NCBI GenBank assembly: GCA_963920595.1
Contig: OY986949.1
Coordinates: 868,001 to 932,000, forward strand
Length of the DNA stretch: 64,000 nt
Source: Eimeria praecox
Lineage: Eukaryota
Direction of reading: 5' to 3'
This document shows positions 62,459 through 64,000 of this stretch, in pieces. The notes beneath the pieces were generated by a model. The model saw only the letters and a list, made by a program, of their open reading frames with translations, made no database searches and was not told where the DNA came from. The first letter of the stretch is position 1, and the number at the start of each line of letters is the position of its first letter. Made by a program: the position numbers and the translations under genes.

Positions 62459-62565
62459 GAAGCTGTTTCGTATTGTCTCTTCTCGTTGTGATAGATGAAA
62501 CAAGATAAATAACGAACTACAACCATTCCCTGTCTGCTGCTGCAGCACATACACAGCAGCAACAG

Positions 62566-62627
<62 letters not shown>

Positions 62628-62812
62628 GCAACAAGAGACACACAGCAATCATAGCAGGTATAAGATAGGGAGAGACACGTCTAGGCCCTGAAGTAAGTAA
62701 AACATTATCTTGCTGCTCCATAAACCCTAAACCCCCAATCCCAGATCCAATTAAAACCCCGAAGCGTTGCATATCTAATCCTGAGAGAGACTCAAGCCCT
62801 AAACACCAACAA

Positions 62813-62844
<32 letters not shown>

Positions 62845-63147
62845 ACAGCAGCAATAGCAGCAGCAGCAGAAACACAAGATGTTGTAAAGCCTTGGAGACA
62901 GACGATAGGGTTTAGGGTTTAGGGTTTAGGGTTTAGAGAGATTTTTATGCTTTTCAATAAACCCATACAAAGACCTATGCATCGTATTTAGCCCTAAACC
63001 CTAAACCCTAAACCCTAAACCCTAAACCCTAAACCCTAAACCCTAAGGTGCTACTCGTTACAAGGCCTAATCCTTTAGGGGTTGCGTGTAGGTGTTTAGA
63101 TTAGAACATACATATTATACATTATCTGCATTATATATTATTTAATT

Positions 63148-63231
<84 letters not shown>

Positions 63232-63651
63232 AGCATGCATCCTTTTTAGGGTTTATCAAGTCTATAGACACTGACAGAGTGTGCTAGGGTTTAGGGTTTA
63301 GGGTTTAGTGTGTCATATATGGTGTATTAGTATTATATGTAGAAATATATATTAAAACATAATACTAATAAACCTCGTAAAATATATGAAATAATCTATC
63401 TCCTCCATTTATTTATTTTATTTATTCATTTATTTATTTATATTATATTATATATTTATTTATTTATTTATTAATTTATTTATATATTTATTTATTTATT
63501 TATTATTCAGGTGTATATACACCTGCATCCTGAAGAGCTAGCTTGCTAGCTGCCACAGCGAATTGAGTATAACGATCATTACGCCTAGCGTCTTTCGGTT
63601 CCTTAAAATAATCTTTAGGATCAAATGAAGAAGGAGACACCTCGTAAGCAA
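59391..63651 (-). CDS. fabF: Beta-ketoacyl-ACP synthase (FabB/F, type II FAS, presumably apicoplast-targeted); 5' end lies beyond the window
   Basis: GT-AG exons in consistent phase: complement(63523-63651, 62644-62798, 62226-62342, 61622-61797, 60804-60968, 60189-60324, 59713-59883, 59391-59465). Motifs GSGIGG, catalytic Cys in [47 protein letters not shown] and GFGGHNA (Cys-His-His triad). Introns are CAG-, AT- and telomere-repeat rich. Confidence 0.93.
62907..63045. repeat. Intronic telomere-like tracts, (TTTAGGG)n followed by (AAACCCT)n in opposite orientation
   Basis: Read directly within a FabB/F intron. Confidence 0.85.
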
Positions 63652-63825
63652 CTAAGAAAATAAAAACAAACAAAATCCAAAAAAAAATAGAAAAAAATAT
63701 AATAAATAAATAAAATAAATAAATAAAATATATACAATACAATAAATAAATAAACTGGACATGACATATCTTCAGAATCAAAGAGAGACACCTTATCTGC
63801 TGCATTATACATAAATAAACATGTA

Positions 63826-63866
<41 letters not shown>

Positions 63867-64000
63867 TTTGGATCAAAGAGAGACACCTTATCAGATGTAT
63901 TTAGACCTTGTAAATAATACAAATATAAATAATATAAATATAAATAATATAAATATAAATAATATAAATAAATAATATAAATATGTATAAATATAAGTAA

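Overview
Eukaryotic coccidian (Eimeria) DNA, identified from the rRNA sequences and the (CAG)n, (AAACCCT)n and TGCATGCA repeats. ITS1 matches, from memory, the diagnostic primer sites for E. praecox. Positions 1-34.8 kb are the end of a tandem rDNA array: two complete 18S-5.8S-28S units (repeat ~14.3-14.5 kb) and a final partial spacer. The 28S of unit 1 is interrupted by an intact 4,785-bp, single-ORF (1461 aa) non-LTR retrotransposon with a restriction-like endonuclease (RLE). It looks NeSL/Utopia/R5-like and is inserted antisense to the rRNA, with its 3' end 8 bp upstream of the classic R2 site, a 2-bp target deletion, no TSD and no poly(A). Unit 2 supplies the empty site, which carries compensatory changes in helix 69. 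Positions 36.6-50.4 kb are a 1,244-bp tandem satellite (11 full copies plus 161 bp). Positions 51-64 kb hold an 8-exon cactin gene, a tandemly duplicated telomere-like/CAG/GGGCCC block, and the 3' part of a multi-exon beta-ketoacyl-ACP synthase (FabB/F) gene. Both genes are on the minus strand.
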